The notes below the pieces were generated by a model. It was not told the origin of the DNA and did not search any database. It saw nothing but the letters and a program-made list of their open reading frames with translations. DNA of 64,000 nt, taken from Thermoproteota archaeon. Its GTDB lineage: Archaea > Thermoproteota > Thermoprotei > Gearchaeales > Gearchaeaceae. The number at the start of each line of letters is the position of its first letter. The first letter of the stretch is position 1. Made by a program: the position numbers and the translations under genes. The stretch covers positions 135,316 to 199,315 of the forward strand of contig JAVVGF010000004.1 in assembly GCA_032249235.1 (NCBI GenBank). Reading direction: 5' to 3'. Shown one piece after another: positions 59,633 through 64,000 of the stretch.

Positions 59633-60658
59633 ATGGCAAATAAAGAAATCAAATTCGGTCTTGCTCCAAATTTATATCCTCCCGAAGTAATCTTCAAAGT
59701 AGCTGAAATTTGTGAACAATACACTCTAGACGGAATATGGTTATCGGATCATGTAGTTGCTGTTGGAGTTAAACGATTTCATGCTTTAGATGCGTGGAGT
59801 ATGCTTGCTGCGCTTGCAACCAAAACTAAAAGCATAAAATTGGGCACAGCTGTTTCTGATCCACATAGGAGACATCCAGAAACGCTTGCTCAAATTGTTG
59901 CAACAGTAGATATATTATCTGGAGGAAGAACAATCCTTGGAGTTGGTCCAGGAGAGTCGATGAATCTTGATCCATTCGGAATAAATTGGGATAAACCAAT
60001 AGCTAGAATGAAGGAAGCTATTATTTTAATAAAAAAACTATGGACTCAAGAAAGTGTAAGCTATGAAGGAAAGTTTTTTAGATTTAACAATGCCATTCTC
60101 GATTTAAAACCAGTTCAAAAACCTCATCCTCCAATATGGATAGCTGCAAACTCTACTGCTTCATTAAAGGTGGTTGCTGAATTAGGAGAAGGCTGGATTC
60201 CTCTTCCAAACGGTCCAGAAAATTATAGCAAAAATCTTAATTTTATTAAAGAATATGCAAAAAGCTTAGGAAAAGATCCTGATGAAATAGTACCAAGCAT
60301 ATTCATGTATATATGTGTTGCTGAAAATGATCAAGATGTTAAAAGAATGTACGAAATATCTGTGAAATTTTATTCGTTAATACTTAAGAGGCCAGAATTT
60401 AATTTCTTTGGCAAAGCACCTTTCTCGAGAGAAATTGCGATGAAGGCTTTTCATGAAGCCTTGAAACTAGATACTCCGTTTGAGAAACTTAAGGAAGAAC
60501 TTCCTTTTCCTATAGGAACACCTGAAGAGTGTGTTGAAAAACTTCGTGAATACATAAGAGCAGGTGTGAAATACTTTATTTTAGTTCCTTTAACAAGACC
60601 TGAAGATTGTGTATATGCTTCAGAGCTTTGTGCAAAGAAGATAATTCCTAATTTGTAA
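59633..60658 (+). CDS. LLM-class (luciferase-like, flavin/F420) oxidoreductase
   Basis: WLSDH, LGTAV, LSGGRTILGVGPG, PVQKPHPPIWIAA, GTPEECVEKL; likely start ATG 59633. Confidence 0.9.
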   Translation: MANKEIKFGLAPNLYPPEVIFKVAEICEQYTLDGIWLSDHVVAVGVKRFHALDAWSMLAALATKTKSIKLGTAVSDPHRRHPETLAQIVATVDILSGGRTILGVGPGESMNLDPFGINWDKPIARMKEAIILIKKLWTQESVSYEGKFFRFNNAILDLKPVQKPHPPIWIAANSTASLKVVAELGEGWIPLPNGPENYSKNLNFIKEYAKSLGKDPDEIVPSIFMYICVAENDQDVKRMYEISVKFYSLILKRPEFNFFGKAPFSREIAMKAFHEALKLDTPFEKLKEELPFPIGTPEECVEKLREYIRAGVKYFILVPLTRPEDCVYASELCAKKIIPNL

Positions 60659-60906
60659 TTGAAAAATTATATCTCGAATTCATTCAATTGAAATAAACCA
60701 TAATGTCGATAAGGCAAGTTAAGTAATGTTTATTTATTTGAATTGTCTTTAATCAAAATCTTTTATTTGCATTTTACTGATTATAATTGGAAGAATAGTG
60801 AAGGTATTAAGATAAAGTTTTTATAATTTCGAAATAGCTAGCAAACTTTAAATAATTTGAAAAGTTCGATTTTTTTATTATTTGAAAAATCTTAGAATAT
60901 TTTTAA

Positions 60907-61320
60907 TTATTCATATAAACGTTGTATACCTTCTAATTTATCAAAATCCTTATCAAACGAATATATTTCATAAATTTTATTTTTTAGCATGATTACATAA
61001 GTTAGAGCATCATTTAAACCGACCTTTTTTTCTTTTGCTATCTTAATTGCTTCCAAATATTGTTGTTTGTTTACTGATACTAATTTAGCAAACCGAATTA
61101 AAAATTCTTCGATGGATAGTGCTTCATCTAAAGACATATGAGCTTCTAAGATATTTGCTATCTCAGTCATGTTCACAACGGAAATGGCTATTTTCTCTCC
61201 TTCGTTAATTCTCTTTACTATCTTTTGAGCTGCTTGTTTAATTTTTATTTCATGAGGTTTAAGTTCCCTTTTTGGCTTTATGAAAGCATGTACAAATACA
61301 CTGGCGTCAACGAACTTCAT
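60907..61320 (-). CDS. vapC: VapC/PIN toxin
   Basis: FVDASVF, NDAL, YSFDKDFD. Confidence 0.9.
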   Translation of the reverse strand: MKFVDASVFVHAFIKPKRELKPHEIKIKQAAQKIVKRINEGEKIAISVVNMTEIANILEAHMSLDEALSIEEFLIRFAKLVSVNKQQYLEAIKIAKEKKVGLNDALTYVIMLKNKIYEIYSFDKDFDKLEGIQRLYE

Positions 61321-61540
61321 ACAATTCTCTCTTTACTTTTTTCCATTCTGAGAGATCAGATTGGATGTTTACTTCAATTGAATCAAAGAACTTTGTAAGA
61401 TCGATTCTTTTCGAAGGTTCAATAATTATTTTCTCTCCTTCGATTTTCATCAACACTATTCCATCTTTTAAATATTTTTCTCTCCATTTTTTTGGAAATA
61501 CCAATCTACCCTGTTTATCCACTTTTTTTAAAATTTCCAT
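61307..61540 (-). CDS. vapB: AbrB/VapB antitoxin
   Basis: KVDKQGRLVFPKKWRE; overlaps vapC. Confidence 0.88.
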   Translation of the reverse strand: MEILKKVDKQGRLVFPKKWREKYLKDGIVLMKIEGEKIIIEPSKRIDLTKFFDSIEVNIQSDLSEWKKVKRELYEVR

Positions 61541-61996
61541 ATCTTCATTTTATGGGGAACTTTATATAAATTTTCTTGAAAAACTAACAGTCTTAACTTG
61601 ATGCTTAAAATGAGCGAGTAGCGCAGAGAAACAATTTCGAGTAAGAATGCGTTATTGAGCGCTTTATTTAGAAAGAACTTTTATGATATTATTTTCCGCT
61701 ACGGAAATAATTTTCGGTACGGAATATTCACAATTGTAAATGGTCTAAAAAAGCCTCATTTTAGAATAGAGAAAGACTTATGTTTTTATTCAAGATACCT
61801 TTAATTGCATATTCATAATTTATTCTACTTAAGTTTTCTGAGTTTAGTATGATTACTACTATATTGATAAATCTTAAGCCTTTGAAGACGTAAAGATTTT
61901 GTATCACGAGATTTGAAATGAAGCCAGTTTCCTTAGATGAATCGATATATTTCAAAATTAATAAGCATATTTAATTGCAAATAGAAATTATTATTA

Positions 61997-62374
61997 ATGC
62001 AAATTCTCAAATCATCGGCTGACGTTTACTTAGAAGAAGCTGATTTATTATTATCTAAAGGCGATGTAATTCAAGCCAGCGAAAAATACTATAAAGCAGC
62101 TGAAGAAGCAATAAAAATTTTAACCAGCGTTGATCTGAGCGATATCTTGAATGAAGTTAAAATTAAAGATTGGAATACTGAAATAATCAACAAAGCAGTT
62201 TTTAAGTTATCTTCGATACTAGGTGAATGGGTAATTGAAAGTTGGGGTGCCGCTGTAGCGCTTATTACTGCAAATCTTGATTCTGAACAAGTTAAGAAAT
62301 ATAGGGAAAGTATAGTAAAGTTAATTCAAGTTGCTGACGAAAGATTCAATAGAAAGATTGTTGAAGGAAGCTGA
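61997..62374 (+). CDS. PaREP1 family (HEPN-like) protein
   Basis: GDVIQASEKYYKAAEEAIK. Confidence 0.85.
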   Translation: MQILKSSADVYLEEADLLLSKGDVIQASEKYYKAAEEAIKILTSVDLSDILNEVKIKDWNTEIINKAVFKLSSILGEWVIESWGAAVALITANLDSEQVKKYRESIVKLIQVADERFNRKIVEGS

Positions 62375-62448
62375 TTTATTATTATCTAAAGGCGATGTAA
62401 TTCAAGCCAGCGAAAAATACTATAAAGCAGCTGAAGAAGCAATAAAAA
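62036..62448 (+). repeat. 82-bp perfect direct repeat (62036-62117 and 62367-62448)
   Basis: GAAGCTGATTTATTATTATCTAAAGGCGATG...GAAGAAGCAATAAAAA is identical in both PaREP1 genes. Confidence 0.95.
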
Positions 62449-62684
62449 GTCTATCCTACAAGAATTCCTTAAAGATTCTCTCAAAAGTAAAACAAATAGG
62501 ACATTGGAATTCAAAGCTTTACTTTAAGGCTGTCGATGAACTAGAGAATATTTATCCTAACATACGGTTATGCTGGATTTCAGCATGGATATTACATATA
62601 GAGGGCTTTCATGAAATAAGACTAAGAGGAGATGATGTTATGCAGTTGAGAAAGTATATAGAAAAATTAATCAAATTGTTGTAA
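62331..62684 (+). CDS. PaREP1 family (HEPN-like) protein
   Basis: QASEKYYKAAEEAIK, AWILHIEGFHE. Confidence 0.87.
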   Translation: MLTKDSIERLLKEADLLLSKGDVIQASEKYYKAAEEAIKSLSYKNSLKILSKVKQIGHWNSKLYFKAVDELENIYPNIRLCWISAWILHIEGFHEIRLRGDDVMQLRKYIEKLIKLL

Positions 62685-62826
62685 AATAATAAGGAATTAA
62701 CATATTGTAGAATTATAATCTTTAGAAGTCAATTAATGTTATTATATGGGTTGATCATTTATGCTTTAAACTATTAATATTTTAGATTATAAGCATGAAA
62801 GTTAATTGATTCTTTTTGATCTTAAT

Positions 62827-63348
62827 TCATGCCAGCTGAACCTCTAATTTTGTACCATGTGTAAGTGTATAAGCTGCAGGACATCTTTCTTCTGCTAGTT
62901 GGATAAGCTTTCTAAGGACTTCTTTATTGTTTTCACCATCTATTTCTAAATTTACCAAGATTGTAACTTTCTCTATTACTGGAGCGTCTTCTAAAGCGAA
63001 AACTCTAGACATGTTCATATCAGCAATCAAATCAAGATTGAGCTTGTTAATCTTCTTTCCTTCTAAAGTTGCAACCATAGCAAGAGTTGAGGCGAAGCAA
63101 GCTGCTACGCCAAACAAACAATAAGGAATAGGACCTGGTGCAAGCATATTCCCACCTTGTTGCAATGGCAGGTCTGCGAGAAGCGTAAATTCTCCTTTTT
63201 CTGTCTTTATGATAGATTTGAACTGGGGTTTTGTAGGATCGTTTGCATTCCATTCACCACTAATAGTTTGTTTTGTTCTTCGCAAACTAGGATCTTTCTT
63301 TAGCTTTTCAATCGTTTCTCTCAATTTTTCTAAATTTATATTATTCAC
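62827..63348 (-). CDS. OsmC/Ohr family protein
   Basis: DLP..QGG..APGP, AACFAST, ERCPA. Confidence 0.88.
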   Translation of the reverse strand: MNNINLEKLRETIEKLKKDPSLRRTKQTISGEWNANDPTKPQFKSIIKTEKGEFTLLADLPLQQGGNMLAPGPIPYCLFGVAACFASTLAMVATLEGKKINKLNLDLIADMNMSRVFALEDAPVIEKVTILVNLEIDGENNKEVLRKLIQLAEERCPAAYTLTHGTKLEVQLA

Positions 63349-63423
63349 AAAAAGTAATTTTGAGTTTACAATATTTAAGATTAGCTAGTGGAGTTTCTAA
63401 AATTTCGGATTTTTTACACAAAT

Positions 63424-63456
63424 GAAAGCCTCGTCCTTTAGGGCATAAGAAGTCAG
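63424..63456 (+). mobile_element. Short IS200/IS605 right-end scar
   Basis: GAAAGCCTCGTCCTTTAGGGCATAAGAAGTCAG resembles the terminal hairpin GCCCTTTAGGGCGGGGAGGAGGTCAG. Confidence 0.5.
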
Positions 63457-63664
63457 CCAATGGGATAGAGTTATAACTATTTACAAACGTTAGTTTGATT
63501 TTATTCTGCGCGCTCCAACATTAAAGGATTGTATATGAATTAACGTATAAGTTAATTAAATAGGATTGAGAAGTTCAGAAATTTTTCAGCAATTAAAGAA
63601 ATAACATGCATTATCATATTTATTATTCGGGATTTATATGATCGTGTGAATATAATAATTTAAA

Positions 63665-64000
63665 GTGGAATCCATACTAAAGAAACTTTTAGAGGAAATA
63701 GAGAAGAATCCTGATGAAGCTAGAAGATTAGCTGAAAAGCTCGCTTCGTTATTTATAGTGCACGAGATTAAACAAATAAGAGAAGAGTTAACAAAATCAA
63801 TTATTTCTTTAAATGAAACAACTCGCAATACTCAAATCGAGCTGGTGAAGTTGAGAGAAGACTTCAATAAAACGCTAATGGAAATGGGCAAAAGGTTTGA
63901 AATGCACGATAGGAAGTTTGACGAAATCGTGAAACGCCTCGAAGAGCACGATAGGAAGTTTGACGAAATCGTGAAACGCCTCGAAGAGCACGATAGGAAG
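63665..64000 (+). CDS. Coiled-coil repeat protein (paREP/DUF3782-like), 5' part (runs off the window)
   Basis: GTG at 63665 opens a frame to the window edge: MESILKKLLEEIEKNPDEARRLAEKL...HDRKFDEIVKRLEEHDRK. Confidence 0.75.
   Translation, partial: MESILKKLLEEIEKNPDEARRLAEKLASLFIVHEIKQIREELTKSIISLNETTRNTQIELVKLREDFNKTLMEMGKRFEMHDRKFDEIVKRLEEHDRKFDEIVKRLEEHDRK
63904..64000 (+). repeat. 42-bp perfect tandem repeat (at least 2.3 copies) encoding HDRKFDEIVKRLEE
   Basis: Units start at 63904, 63946 and 63988. Confidence 0.95.

Noticed and set aside
61761-61955. 64-aa minus-strand ORF
   Set aside because: TTG start, no recognisable family; possibly a decayed fragment, but unsupported.
306-63253. 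Many short ORFs antisense to or nested in long genes (e.g. 9949-10371, 25547-25981, 28813-29235, 57655-58011)
   Set aside because: Shadow ORFs of well-supported genes, with no recognisable motifs.
63634-63828. 64-aa minus-strand ORF
   Set aside because: Antisense to the plus-strand coiled-coil gene starting at 63665.
63904-64000. Possible CRISPR array
   Set aside because: The units are contiguous with no unique spacers and are in-frame coding repeats.
1-64000. tRNA, rRNA, integrase or intact transposase genes
   Set aside because: No GC-rich structured RNA segment, cloverleaf, or recombinase/transposase motif was seen by eye.

Overview
AT-rich archaeal DNA. PaREP1 genes, archaeal ATPase-wHTH genes and IS605-type ends point to Thermoproteota. 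No rRNA, tRNA or CRISPR array was seen. 1-29 kb: a cyclic-amide/(thio)hydantoin catabolic region with two Dpp/Opp ABC systems, hydantoinase/oxoprolinase A+B, three hydantoin racemase-family genes, two DUF917 genes, an NCS1 permease and a second HyuA-like gene. The last four-gene block sits between two ~112-bp direct repeats. 29-38 kb: a sulfur-oxidising Hdr-like (sHdr) locus (TusA, two DsrE, ArsR, lipoate ligase, LbpA, sHdrC1-B1-A) with an atypical end: a shortened sHdrC2 is followed by a QmoC-like membrane subunit that appears to lack its heme ligands, and no sHdrH or sHdrB2 is present. 38-52 kb: an accessory region with surface proteins (one with a leukocidin-like stem), a subtilisin, HEPN-MNT, an RNA ligase-like gene, an aspartic protease and a TPR-CHAT protease with a convergent partner. 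52-64 kb: frameshifted proC, pdxS-pdxT plus a catalytically degenerate ThrC-like/wHTH protein, an ATPase, an LLM oxidoreductase, VapBC, a PaREP1 pair, OsmC and a repeat coiled-coil gene running off the end. Several pseudogenes, chimeric genes and IS605/TnpB end scars are scattered through the window. Family assignments come from motifs recognised by eye; no database searches were run.
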